Source: Promethearchaeota archaeon (GTDB lineage Archaea; Asgardarchaeota; Lokiarchaeia; Sigyniarchaeales; SOKP01). From it: a DNA stretch of 64,000 nt. Under the pieces are notes generated by a model, which was not told the DNA's origin, did no database searches, and was given only the letters and a program-made list of their open reading frames with translations. Made by a program: the position numbers and the translations under genes. The stretch spans positions 548,919-612,918 of the forward strand of contig JAHPZA010000003.1 of NCBI GenBank assembly GCA_019058445.1. The letters are read 5' to 3'. Every line of letters begins with the position of its first letter. The stretch's first letter is position 1. Below, piece after piece: positions 1 to 10,176 of this stretch.

Positions 1-155
1 TAATGAAAATTAGAATTATATTGTTATTTTGATCGTCATATTTCTTAAATTATCTTTTTATTTTGTTCATTTGAAAATTTTATTAAAGATATGAAGTATA
101 AATCCAATGTTCAAATAAAGGAATTCTTAATTCCTATATATTAAGAATAGGAAGA

Positions 156-380
156 TTATTTATTTGCTTTACATATCGCTACAGCTACATTTGAATCTGC
201 ACATCCATAATAAAGTAACCATTAATCTTTGAAATATATTATTCCTCCAATAATAACCGTTCCTTCAGTGTATTGTCTAATTATTTCGTAAGGTTCCTCT
301 AGGTTGAAAAATGCTTTTACAGTTCTAGCAATAAGTTGGGTAGGATCCTTTTTATTAAATAAAGCTTGTCAAACGCTATG
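156..380 (-). pseudogene. Remnant of the C-terminus of a GH130 (DUF377) mannoside phosphorylase/mannosidase, with two in-frame stops
   Basis: Manual translation: HSV*QALFNKKDPTQLIARTVKAFFNLEEPYEIIRQYTEGTVIIGGIIYFKD*WLLYYGCADSNVAVAICKANK*. This resembles the GH130 C-terminal pattern (QALFD..DPT.LIAR...EEPYE...YYG.ADS.VAVA). TGA at 369-371, TAA at 222-224, no start codon. Confidence 0.7.
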
Positions 381-415
381 AGAACAATCTTTTTTTATTT
401 TTATAAGGTTTATAC

Positions 416-3028
416 TTATTTTTTTAATAAATCATATAATGAACCTATTCTAATTGAATCTTTAATATTTTGATCTGTGAATTCAGTATTGGAATCTAAT
501 GGATTGAATTCATTCAGTATAATAATGCGCGATTCATTTGGTTCCATTGAGAAAAAATTATCCGAAGCAATAAAATCAAACTTATCAGAATCTATAAAAA
601 CATAGAGAGCAATACCCTTACTTTTGATAATAAAGTTAAAAGTGTTAATCTCGTTGGAAGCTCTTTCGCATGCAAAACTCAACCCAGGATCGCTAATCTT
701 GAAATGTTTTGGTGAATCAAACAACCGAAATCCGTGGTAAATTATTTCATTTCCTTTTAGCTTATCCCTTAATTTATAGAAAATGATATTTTGTTGCATT
801 TTTTCCTTTTCTTGATTAATATCACTTACATCTATAGTTTCACATTTCAATGAAAAACAGGGAGATATTTTTGTCTCATAAAATCCCTTCTTAAGGATTT
901 TACCTTCTGAATCCAGAATTTTCCATTCAAAATTTACTTCCTTTGGGATTGCCAAGTCATTTGTAATCCAAAATTCTACATTTTGTATATCTTCTTTTAC
1001 ACTAGGAAATAAAGGTTGGTAAAAACGTTTAGCATAATAATGCAGTGCCTTCCAGCGGCTAAAATAATCAATAGAACTCCAACTTGCTACAGGCCAACAA
1101 TCATTTAATTGCCAGTATAGTGATCCCATACAATGAAAATCATTTCGATTCCGGCGCCAGTGTTCTACTCCATATTCAATTGCTTCTGCTTGAGTAATTT
1201 GAGATAATATTACTTGTTGCTCAAATTTCTTAGGAATTGTAAATCTTCTTCTCATATATCTCATTATTTTTTTATTACCGGCAGAGTTTTTTTGGTGGTT
1301 TTTCATAATAGGAGAGAAGAAATCAAATTGTTCGGGTGGACAGAAAGTTCTTATTGTTTTTATTGAAGGAAAAGATTCAAATCCATATTCGGACATAAAG
1401 CGTGAATTAAATTTTCTATATTCACTAAAAGGAGCACCACCATGCCAAACATTCCAGAAATGTGAATCACCTTTATCAGGGGAATTTGGGTCCATATATT
1501 TCTTTTGACTGCTAAAACCAACACTTGAGGGTGAACTTGGCCAATATGAACGGGTTGAGTCATATTTAGCTATTAAATCCGGAAAACTTTTCTCAAACAT
1601 ATTTACATAACTGGATTTTAACTCTTGTATTGTATCTGAGTCATCGATTTTCGATATCGCGAGTAATAACTTCCATAAATATTCAATCTCATTGTTTCCA
1701 CACCATAGAGCAAGACTTGGATGATTTCTTAACCGTTTAATATTTTCTATTAGTTCTTTCTTCACTTCTTCACTAAATTTTTGATATTTTGGATATATAG
1801 CACAGGCAAAAGGAAAGTCCTGCCACACTAATAAACCAATATTGTCACAAATTTCATAGAAAAGATCAGATTCATATATACCCCCTCCCCAAATTCTTAT
1901 TATATTCATGTTTGCTCGTTTAGCTTGATTTAAGGTTTTTTCGTAGAGCCCTAATTTTTTCCCTCTTAGGATAAAATTATCAATCGGAATCCAATTAGCC
2001 CCTTTTGCAAAGATAGGTACTCCGTTTAACAGAAAGTAAAATGTTTCACCCCATTTATCAGAATTTCTTATGAGACGAATATCTCTAATCCCTATTTTTT
2101 GAGTAAATGTATCAATTATATTATCTTTTTCAAGAGAAACTGACAATTCATAAAGATTAGGTTCACCAAGATCATGAGTCCACCAAAAGTGAGGATTGTC
2201 AATATTTAGTTCAATATATTGATTTTTAGATTTAAGCATTGTGTTCTTTGATATTTTATTACCATCAGGAGCAGTCAAATTAATCTTTATGCTATAAGTG
2301 AGATCTTCAAGATCATCTTTATCAGCATCAAATTCAAAATTTACTCGTAAATTGACCGAATTTACCTTTATTGTAGAAATCTCTTCGGGATTTGTAATTT
2401 TTAATGGGTCCTTATTATATTTGAATGTTTGAACAGTATAAATTGAATTAATTTTTACACTATCATAACCAATTAGTTCTATTGGATAAATTGAGATGTC
2501 TGGTAATTGAGGTCCCCAATCCCAGCCAAAAGAATATTGTGCTTTTCGAATATATGGTACCCCTGGAAGTGCCTCCATACCCGTAGTTAATTTTATTCCA
2601 TGTTTTTTTATATCCTCAAGAGCTTTTATAGTCGGACTTTCTATTATTATTTTTAAGCGATTAGAAACTGTTTTTAATTTAGATTTAACCTCAAAATCAT
2701 AAGTAAGGAACATATTATCTGTAGTCCCGAGTAACTCATCGTTTAGATATACTTCTGAGAACGTATCTATCCCTTGGAAGCGAAGAATAATTTTAGAATG
2801 CTCTAAGAAATCGGGATTTACATCAAATTGAGTTTGATAAATCCAATTTGAATTATAAACCCATGACATTTTGTGCTCATTTTCGCCATAAAATGGATCT
2901 TCAGTAACCATATTTTCTATTAATGCTTCGAAGACAGAACCAGGTACTTCTGCATCAATATTAATTGATTTTTCTTCATTTTGTAATTTCCATATGCCAT
3001 TTAAAGTGATTTTTTCAACTTTTTTCAT
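416..3028 (-). CDS. Beta-mannosidase, glycoside hydrolase family 2
   Basis: IRKAQYSFGWDWGP, KGANWIP, IRIWGGG, WCGNNE (acid/base), FMSEYG (nucleophile), YWQLNDCWP. ATG at 3028 preferred over TTG at 3040. No obvious signal peptide. Confidence 0.93.
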   Translation of the reverse strand: MKKVEKITLNGIWKLQNEEKSINIDAEVPGSVFEALIENMVTEDPFYGENEHKMSWVYNSNWIYQTQFDVNPDFLEHSKIILRFQGIDTFSEVYLNDELLGTTDNMFLTYDFEVKSKLKTVSNRLKIIIESPTIKALEDIKKHGIKLTTGMEALPGVPYIRKAQYSFGWDWGPQLPDISIYPIELIGYDSVKINSIYTVQTFKYNKDPLKITNPEEISTIKVNSVNLRVNFEFDADKDDLEDLTYSIKINLTAPDGNKISKNTMLKSKNQYIELNIDNPHFWWTHDLGEPNLYELSVSLEKDNIIDTFTQKIGIRDIRLIRNSDKWGETFYFLLNGVPIFAKGANWIPIDNFILRGKKLGLYEKTLNQAKRANMNIIRIWGGGIYESDLFYEICDNIGLLVWQDFPFACAIYPKYQKFSEEVKKELIENIKRLRNHPSLALWCGNNEIEYLWKLLLAISKIDDSDTIQELKSSYVNMFEKSFPDLIAKYDSTRSYWPSSPSSVGFSSQKKYMDPNSPDKGDSHFWNVWHGGAPFSEYRKFNSRFMSEYGFESFPSIKTIRTFCPPEQFDFFSPIMKNHQKNSAGNKKIMRYMRRRFTIPKKFEQQVILSQITQAEAIEYGVEHWRRNRNDFHCMGSLYWQLNDCWPVASWSSIDYFSRWKALHYYAKRFYQPLFPSVKEDIQNVEFWITNDLAIPKEVNFEWKILDSEGKILKKGFYETKISPCFSLKCETIDVSDINQEKEKMQQNIIFYKLRDKLKGNEIIYHGFRLFDSPKHFKISDPGLSFACERASNEINTFNFIIKSKGIALYVFIDSDKFDFIASDNFFSMEPNESRIIILNEFNPLDSNTEFTDQNIKDSIRIGSLYDLLKK

Positions 3029-3054
3029 AATAATCAGCAAAACTTATTAAAGAA

Positions 3055-3864
3055 TTAAATCCTAGAGATATCATATTTAAATTTACCATCATCAATAATC
3101 CAAGAGCGCATAAAGTCATTTTTCACTCTAGTATCCCATATATTCTCAATATTCTCAATTCCTTTATGGAGATCCTTGAGAAGTTCTAATCCTACAACAT
3201 ATTCCTCATGTGAAGGATAAATTTCAATATATTCCTGTTTTTCACATAAATTAATTAATTTAGATAAGGTAGAAAGAAAGTCTGGTAATAATTTTTTCTT
3301 AGGTAAATATGGAGTACCATAATGTGCGGTATCACCTGTAAATAATTCATTTCGATTGGTCAGTAGACAAATTGATCCCGGTGAATGACCGGGTGTATGG
3401 ATAACTTCAAGAGTAAGATCACCTAAATCTATGATATCTCCATCTTTTAACGGCTTAACAGAATTCGCTGGAGGTAGTGAATAATTATATTTCTCATACC
3501 TCTTGACCACATCTTTAGGAGAGCTTTTCAAAATTGAAATGTTAGTAGGTCTTGAGATTGTCAATTTTTCAATTTCATGTATATAAATCTCATCAAATTC
3601 ATGATTAGAGCCCACATGATCCCAATGACAATGAGTATTCAAGACCTTTAAATCTCTCTTTCCAATCAATTCATTAATGATGGGTTTAAGAGGAAATAAT
3701 CCAGCACCCGTATCAATTAATAATGCTGTTTTAGAGCCAAGGAGTAAAAACAAATTTGTATAATAACTATTATAGCGGGGATCTATTTCAGCTAATTTTT
3801 CGCGAATGATATACAAATCATCTTTATGTTTTATAATCTCAAACCATTCATTATGAGTAGCCAT
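3055..3864 (-). CDS. Metallo-beta-lactamase-fold hydrolase
   Basis: LLIDTG, THCHWDH, HTPGHSPGS, LFTGD and PSH motifs. Confidence 0.9.
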   Translation of the reverse strand: MATHNEWFEIIKHKDDLYIIREKLAEIDPRYNSYYTNLFLLLGSKTALLIDTGAGLFPLKPIINELIGKRDLKVLNTHCHWDHVGSNHEFDEIYIHEIEKLTISRPTNISILKSSPKDVVKRYEKYNYSLPPANSVKPLKDGDIIDLGDLTLEVIHTPGHSPGSICLLTNRNELFTGDTAHYGTPYLPKKKLLPDFLSTLSKLINLCEKQEYIEIYPSHEEYVVGLELLKDLHKGIENIENIWDTRVKNDFMRSWIIDDGKFKYDISRI

Positions 3865-3950
3865 TAATAAAAAAATACTGAAAATTTATTTAATTTTATT
3901 TAATATCATGATGCAATATATTTAACTAAAAAATAAATATAAGAATAACA

Positions 3951-5321
3951 ATGGATCAATACAGACCTTATGGTAAACTAACGCAGAGAGAAAGAATAGG
4001 TTACGCTCTTGGAGCTGCTCCAGGAGGAGTTTTAGCCTATGTTTTCACTTTTAAGTACATCGAATTATTTTTCAACGATTTGAAGTTACTTCCTACGTAT
4101 TTCATTATTGGACAAATAATCTATTTGATAATTAATGCCGTAAACGATCCTCTTTTAGGGCAACTTACAGACAGGACTAATCCTAAGAAATGGGGGAGTA
4201 GGAGAATCATATATATTAAATATGGAGGTCCAATTTGGGCACTTACTTTTATTCTTGTGTGGTTTCCGTGGAGTTACGACAATCAAATCATTATTTTTCT
4301 CCACTATGTAATTAGTATCTGTATTTTCGATAGCATGTTAACTCTCGTTATCATAGCTTGGATGGCGCTACTTCCCGAAATGACAAATGATACAGGGGAG
4401 CGTTCTCTTGTTATTCTCATTGTTATACTTATAGGAATTTTGGCAATAGTTCCTGTACTATACATAATCGGCCCCATGAAACCAACTTCGCAGGATTTTC
4501 AAATATTAATGCTAATAATAGCGGTTGTGTCCTCCATACTAATGTTAATTGTCGCGAGGGAGTGTTTTGAAAGACCAGAATTTCATAATGACCAAATCTT
4601 TGCCTTAGGAGAGTCATTAAAAGAAACTTTAAAGTCGAAATCTTTTTTGATTTATACCGGCTTTAATTTTTGCAATATTTTTTTGGGAGGGATTGGTTTG
4701 AGCTACCTCTTTGTTTATGCTTTAGTATTAGGGGAAAATTTTGGAGAAGCAGTTGGATATTTTATTTTAATAAGCATTGTTGTGGCATTCATTTCAAACA
4801 TCTATTGTGCTCAATTAAGGCCGAAGTGGGGTATGAGAAAAATTGTTTTAAGATTTGGGATATTAAGGGCATTAGGTGCTCTAGTATTATTTGTAATTAT
4901 ACTCAATCCAGTGCCTTTATGGGTAATTTGGACAGGTTTTATTATACACACTTTTCTTGGAGGATATGGAGTTTTTTCAACTCCACTATTGTATTTATCA
5001 ATAGATGAAGATGAATTGAAGCACGGTTCTCGTAGAGAAGGTATGTTTTTGGGTATGAATGCTCTTTTTACTAAACCTGCATTAAGCCTCGGTCCAATCA
5101 TTGCTACTATTATATTAATATCATATGGCTACATTCAAGGTTCAGACAACCAACCCCAATCTGCATACTTTGGAATTAAAATATTGTTTTTTCTAGTTCC
5201 TGCTATTGTCCTTTTTATAAGTATGATATTTATCTATTTTCATCCATTATATGGAGAAATATTAGCCCAAATGGAAGAAAAGCTGGAAACTTTGCATAAA
5301 GAAAAAGCTAAGAGAAGTTAA
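3951..5321 (+). CDS. MFS transporter, GPH/MelB (glycoside:cation symporter) family
   Basis: About 12 hydrophobic segments; NAVNDPLLGQLTDRT...WGSRR and IDEDELKHGSRREG motifs. Confidence 0.9.
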   Translation: MDQYRPYGKLTQRERIGYALGAAPGGVLAYVFTFKYIELFFNDLKLLPTYFIIGQIIYLIINAVNDPLLGQLTDRTNPKKWGSRRIIYIKYGGPIWALTFILVWFPWSYDNQIIIFLHYVISICIFDSMLTLVIIAWMALLPEMTNDTGERSLVILIVILIGILAIVPVLYIIGPMKPTSQDFQILMLIIAVVSSILMLIVARECFERPEFHNDQIFALGESLKETLKSKSFLIYTGFNFCNIFLGGIGLSYLFVYALVLGENFGEAVGYFILISIVVAFISNIYCAQLRPKWGMRKIVLRFGILRALGALVLFVIILNPVPLWVIWTGFIIHTFLGGYGVFSTPLLYLSIDEDELKHGSRREGMFLGMNALFTKPALSLGPIIATIILISYGYIQGSDNQPQSAYFGIKILFFLVPAIVLFISMIFIYFHPLYGEILAQMEEKLETLHKEKAKRS

Positions 5322-5397
5322 AAAAAATAAAGATAAGTTTTTTTATTATTTACAAACTCAACATATTATATAGGTTTTCAAACTGGTAGTGATCGAT

Positions 5398-5958
5398 TCA
5401 CATAGTAATAATATTTTGGACATTAAGGAAGCATGATTTTTTTAATAAATCCTTTAAGTCATCATAGCCATATGCAACTACAGGAAGTCTGAGAGTCTCG
5501 TGTTCTTTCTTATCAACAATTTTACCTCCTAAAGTCTCATAAAAAGCACGATAAGGATTATTTTCTAAAACCCAAACGAGCATATTATTAATCTCCATTT
5601 TTATTAATTCTTCTATTATTTTCCGAGTTAGAGCTTTTCCAATCCCTTGTCTCTGGTATTCTTTTAGAATATATATACCCATTAATTCTCCCTTATAATT
5701 TGGATGATTACTCCTTTCTAACCCTCCGATGGCAAACCCAACGATTCTATCTTTATCTCTTTCAGCAACAAAGAAGTTATTATCTTTCATCATAATCTTT
5801 AGTTGATTTTGCCAAGTTTTATGTTGAGTTCTAATAATGAAACTTTGGATATAATTGTCTGGAACCACTCCTTTATAAGCAGTCTTCCATGTTTCAACAT
5901 GAACGTTTATTATTCCCGTTAAATCTGAGTTTTCTGCATTTCTTATGATTATCTTCAT
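5398..5958 (-). CDS. GNAT family N-acetyltransferase
   Basis: IYILKEYQRQGIGKAL acetyl-CoA motif; WVLENNPYRAFYETLGG. Confidence 0.9.
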   Translation of the reverse strand: MKIIIRNAENSDLTGIINVHVETWKTAYKGVVPDNYIQSFIIRTQHKTWQNQLKIMMKDNNFFVAERDKDRIVGFAIGGLERSNHPNYKGELMGIYILKEYQRQGIGKALTRKIIEELIKMEINNMLVWVLENNPYRAFYETLGGKIVDKKEHETLRLPVVAYGYDDLKDLLKKSCFLNVQNIITM

Positions 5959-5996
5959 AAATTATCTTTTCATTATTTGAAAATATTATTTTTAAT

Positions 5997-7106
5997 TCAA
6001 GACTTAAATATAGGAATAACTTCATTACTTAGGATTCGGGACACATCCCAATAAGTAAATGGAGCATTTTTACTAGAGGCTCCGTTTTGAATCTCTAAAA
6101 CAAAATACTGTGCGCCGATATCGACATATTTCTGAATTTTTTCAATAATTTCTTCTTTGGTTCCAAACATAATATTATTACGAACAACCTCATCAGGAAC
6201 GTGATCAATTATGATTGAGAGTTTATTTAAATCAAATTTACCTATATCCTCACGATCTACTTTTAATAGACTTATCTCCTCACATTTATAGCCTGTTGCT
6301 TCGCAGAATAAGTCATCAAAATCATCTTTCCAATATCCTAATTCCTTTATGACTAATGGCTGCATTACCATTGCCATTTTAACCCCTCTCACTTGCTCAT
6401 CGACTTTTTGCTCATCATCATTCATAAAAACTCGATTAAAAACGCCATATGTAAATTTAGAAGCATCTCGACCCTCTTTTTGTAAAACCTCGTTTATTTT
6501 ATCGATTCCAACTTTATAAAATTTAGTGGAAACTCCCAATGGAAGCCAACCATCAGCTACCTTTCCTGTCATTTCAATCGTTTTCGGACCATTTGATGCT
6601 ACCCAAATGGGGATCTCTGAGATTGGTTTCGGTAATAGCACTGCTTTTTTTGTTTGATAAAAATTACCTTTAAAAGTTATTCTCTTCCCTTTTTTCCAAA
6701 ATTGCTTCATTAATTGTATAGTTTCTAACATTTTCGAGAGGGCATGATCGAAGGGGATGTTGTAGGCTTTTAAGTTCATCCCTTCTCCTGCTCCTATTCC
6801 AAGAATAAATTTCCCTCCAGTGATATGATTAATTGTAGTCGCTATTTGAGCTAAAACTGCGGGATGCATTCGATGAGGATCAGTAACACACGATCCAAAT
6901 GTTTTTTCTTTCGAAATTTCTGAAAATGATCCAAACATCGGCCATAAGCTTAAAAAATCATCTATAGCTGCCCCTGGAATCCCACTTAAATGATCTGGCA
7001 GCCAAATAGAATCCCAATTCTCTTTATTTGCTTCAATAAATTTGTTCCGTATAAAACTATACGATTGAGAGTAAAACAATTGCGTACCAAATTTAATATC
7101 TACCAC
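5997..7106 (-). CDS. Luciferase-like (LLM) flavin/F420-dependent oxidoreductase
   Basis: DSIWLPDH, HPAVLAQIATTINHITGGKFILGIGAG, IPIWVASNGPKT..GKVADGW. Confidence 0.88.
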   Translation of the reverse strand: MVDIKFGTQLFYSQSYSFIRNKFIEANKENWDSIWLPDHLSGIPGAAIDDFLSLWPMFGSFSEISKEKTFGSCVTDPHRMHPAVLAQIATTINHITGGKFILGIGAGEGMNLKAYNIPFDHALSKMLETIQLMKQFWKKGKRITFKGNFYQTKKAVLLPKPISEIPIWVASNGPKTIEMTGKVADGWLPLGVSTKFYKVGIDKINEVLQKEGRDASKFTYGVFNRVFMNDDEQKVDEQVRGVKMAMVMQPLVIKELGYWKDDFDDLFCEATGYKCEEISLLKVDREDIGKFDLNKLSIIIDHVPDEVVRNNIMFGTKEEIIEKIQKYVDIGAQYFVLEIQNGASSKNAPFTYWDVSRILSNEVIPIFKS

Positions 7107-7267
7107 TTTTCAAGTTCCCTTTTATGATAAAATTAAAAGATAAATATAATAAATTAAAGTAAATTTTAATTGTTCATCATTTTTCCTTACAAAATTTTAA
7201 AACACTATTTAATAAGCAGTATTCATTTTCATTTAATTAAATATAGTTCTCAATAGAGTTTAAAACA

Positions 7268-9559
7268 ATGAGCGATAAAAATTCTGACCCTAATAGTGAA
7301 AATATTAAGATTGTAAATACTGGGTGTTGTCATGACTGTGGAGGGCGCTGTGTGCTTAGGGCTCACGTGAAAAATGGAAAAATAATTCGATTTGAGACGG
7401 ATAATAGTGAAGAAACTACATTACGAGCTTGTGCACGAGGGAGAGCATACCGTCAACGAGTATATTCAGATTTACGTTTAAAATATCCATTACGCCGTAT
7501 TGGCGAACGTGGAGATGGTGAATTTGAACAAATATCTTGGGATGATGCACTTGACGAGGTTGCCTCAAAACTTATTGAAGTAAAAGAAAAATATGGGAAT
7601 GCTTCAATTCTTTTAATGGCAGGTAGTGGAAATCAAGGAATGCTTCATGGAATTGTCCCTGTAGCGCTAATGCTCCATCAATTCGGAGGGTATACACGAT
7701 TTTGGGGGGCACCATCCTACGAAGGAGCTCTTTTTGCTTCAATGGCTACCTATGGAACCATTAAGACTGGTAATGCTCGTGAAGATTTGCTTAACACTAA
7801 ATTAATTATCATGTGGGGGTGGAATCCTGCGAATTTGATTTGGGATCCAGAAACCCGTTTGATGCTTGCTAAAGCTCGTGAGAAAGACATTAAAATAATT
7901 GCTATTGATCCTATATACACCGATTCAGCTGCGATATTTGCTCATCAATGGATTCCAATTCGACCAGGTACTGATGCTGCAATGTTAATTGCCATGGCCT
8001 ATGTTATAATTACAGAAAATCTTCAAGATCAAGCATTCATAGACAAATATACCGTTGGTTTCGATAAATATAAGGAATATGTATTAGGTCTTGAAGATGG
8101 TTTACCAAAGACACCTGAATGGGCTGAAAAAATTACTAAAGTCCCAGCAGAAACAATAACGAATCTAGCTCGGGAATATGCAACTACTAAGCCAGCAGCA
8201 CTGATAGTTGGATGGGGGGCTGCCCGAACAGCAATGGGTGAACAATATTCGCGTGCTGGCAATGTTCTTACTGCCATAACGGGCAATATAGGAATTAAGG
8301 GAGGTTATGCAGCCGGATTTATGAGAGCATATTCAAGTCGGGAAACAATAATGTCGAGACAGAAAAAAAAGAAAAAAGAGGGATCTATCGTTGAGAAAGA
8401 GCAACCGTCAAAGCCAAGAGCTCAAGATAATCCCGTCGATTTTGGAGCTCCTCCACGTAAATATAGCTTATATAAACTTCGAGGAGGTACAAATCCCGCT
8501 AGCACTCGTGTTCATATCAATGATCTTTATAATTTAATTTTAAAAGGGTGCGATGGAGGATATCCCGCAGATATTAAGATGGCATATGTAGTGGCAACTA
8601 ATCGCTTAAATCAATATTGCAACACAAATAAAGGAGTTGAAGCTTTAAAAGCTCTTGATTTTATCGTAGTCCATGAACAATTTATGACCCCAACCGCTAA
8701 ATTTGCTGATATTATTCTACCTGTAAATACTTTTATGGAACGTAATGATGTTGCAGTTCCTTGGCTAGGTTCACCATATTATATCTATTTGAATAAGGCC
8801 ATAGACTCATTATTTGATACTAAATCAGATTTAGAAATTTGTCAAGAATTATGTAAAAGATTGGAGCTTCCTGGTGACCTTCTTAATTTACCTGAGGATC
8901 AAATTTTACGTCTTTTAACAGCTCCGAGAAGAGATATAAAAAGTTATAATAAAATGAAAAAAGATGGTTTCTATAAAGTTAAAGTTGCGGAGCCGTTTAT
9001 CGCCTTTAGAGAACAAATAGAAGACCCAGATAATCATCCGTTCCCTACATTATCAGGAAAAATTGAAATTTATTGCGAGCATATGGCGGAGTTGAATCAT
9101 CCCTTAATGCCTCCTATCCCCAAGTATTTTAGCCATAATGAGCATTATGATTCACCAAAAGCAGAAAATTATCCATTGCAGTTGCTTACACCGCATAATA
9201 AACGGCGAACACATTCCAGCTTGCATCATATGCCATGGTTAGAAGAAATCGAGCCTCATGCTGTCTGGATAAGCTCTGTTGATGCTTCCCAACGTGGAAT
9301 TAAAAATAGAGATCTTGTTGATGTGTATAATGATCGAGGAAGGATTCGTATTCCTGCAAAGGTGACTGAACGAATAATTCCTGGTGCTGTTTGTGTTTAT
9401 CAAGGTGCGTGGTTTAATCCTGATAAGGATGGTGTTGATATTGGAGGATGTGCAAATACTTTAACCAACGATAGTTATTCTCCCGGCGGTGCTCTCCCTA
9501 TGAACAGCGCTCTGGTTCAAGTAGAATTATCGCCTAAAACACAAATGGAGGAGTCGTAA
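7268..9559 (+). CDS. DMSO-reductase-family molybdopterin oxidoreductase, catalytic subunit (DmsA-like, no Tat signal)
   Basis: CCHDCGGRC...CARG Fe-S motif, RLKYPL, ISWDDALD, IRPGTDAA, TAKFADIILP and a C-terminal molybdopterin-dinucleotide domain. Confidence 0.9.
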   Translation: MSDKNSDPNSENIKIVNTGCCHDCGGRCVLRAHVKNGKIIRFETDNSEETTLRACARGRAYRQRVYSDLRLKYPLRRIGERGDGEFEQISWDDALDEVASKLIEVKEKYGNASILLMAGSGNQGMLHGIVPVALMLHQFGGYTRFWGAPSYEGALFASMATYGTIKTGNAREDLLNTKLIIMWGWNPANLIWDPETRLMLAKAREKDIKIIAIDPIYTDSAAIFAHQWIPIRPGTDAAMLIAMAYVIITENLQDQAFIDKYTVGFDKYKEYVLGLEDGLPKTPEWAEKITKVPAETITNLAREYATTKPAALIVGWGAARTAMGEQYSRAGNVLTAITGNIGIKGGYAAGFMRAYSSRETIMSRQKKKKKEGSIVEKEQPSKPRAQDNPVDFGAPPRKYSLYKLRGGTNPASTRVHINDLYNLILKGCDGGYPADIKMAYVVATNRLNQYCNTNKGVEALKALDFIVVHEQFMTPTAKFADIILPVNTFMERNDVAVPWLGSPYYIYLNKAIDSLFDTKSDLEICQELCKRLELPGDLLNLPEDQILRLLTAPRRDIKSYNKMKKDGFYKVKVAEPFIAFREQIEDPDNHPFPTLSGKIEIYCEHMAELNHPLMPPIPKYFSHNEHYDSPKAENYPLQLLTPHNKRRTHSSLHHMPWLEEIEPHAVWISSVDASQRGIKNRDLVDVYNDRGRIRIPAKVTERIIPGAVCVYQGAWFNPDKDGVDIGGCANTLTNDSYSPGGALPMNSALVQVELSPKTQMEES

Positions 9560-10116
9560 TGAGGCAACTTGGATTTTATTTTGATCAATCCCGATGTATC
9601 GGGTGCTATACATGCTCTGTTGCTTGTAAAGATTGGCATGATATTGATGCAGAACCCGTTAATTGGAGACAAGTAAAAATTATTGAAAGAGGGACTTTTC
9701 CTACTCCATTTGTAGCATATTTATCAATCAGCTGTAATCATTGTGAAAATCCTCCGTGTATACGGGTTTGTCCTGAAAAAGCTATTTCTAAAAGAGATAC
9801 CGATGGAATTGTAGTGGTAGATCAGAAAAAATGTTTGGGCAATGAAGCTTGTGAAATGCATTGTCTTAAAGCATGCCCTTGGAACTGTCCGCAATTTAGC
9901 ATAGAGAGCAATGCAAAAATGCAAAAATGTAATTTCTGTGTTGACCGATTAGAGCAAGGTCAAAATCCAATCTGCGTTGAGGCATGTCCTATGTATGCGT
10001 TAGATTTTGGGCCATTGGATGAACTGATGGAAAAGTATGGAAATACTGTAGAAGCTGAAGGATTTGAATATAAAGATAAATTCAAGCCCTCTATCATATT
10101 CAAACCGAAAACATAA
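9559..10116 (+). CDS. DmsB-like 4Fe-4S electron-transfer subunit
   Basis: CIGCYTCSVAC, CNHCENPPCIRVCP, KCNFC..CVEACP; TAATG stop/start overlap with the upstream gene. Confidence 0.92.
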   Translation: MRQLGFYFDQSRCIGCYTCSVACKDWHDIDAEPVNWRQVKIIERGTFPTPFVAYLSISCNHCENPPCIRVCPEKAISKRDTDGIVVVDQKKCLGNEACEMHCLKACPWNCPQFSIESNAKMQKCNFCVDRLEQGQNPICVEACPMYALDFGPLDELMEKYGNTVEAEGFEYKDKFKPSIIFKPKT

Positions 10117-10176
10117 TGTAAATACATTATTTTTATAAATCCTAATAATAATGATTTTAAAGAAGAGTATTCATAA

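Noticed and set aside
8360-8380. A-rich run in the dmsA-like gene as a programmed frameshift site
   Set aside because: The reading frame is continuous through it; it encodes a Lys-rich loop in AT-rich DNA.
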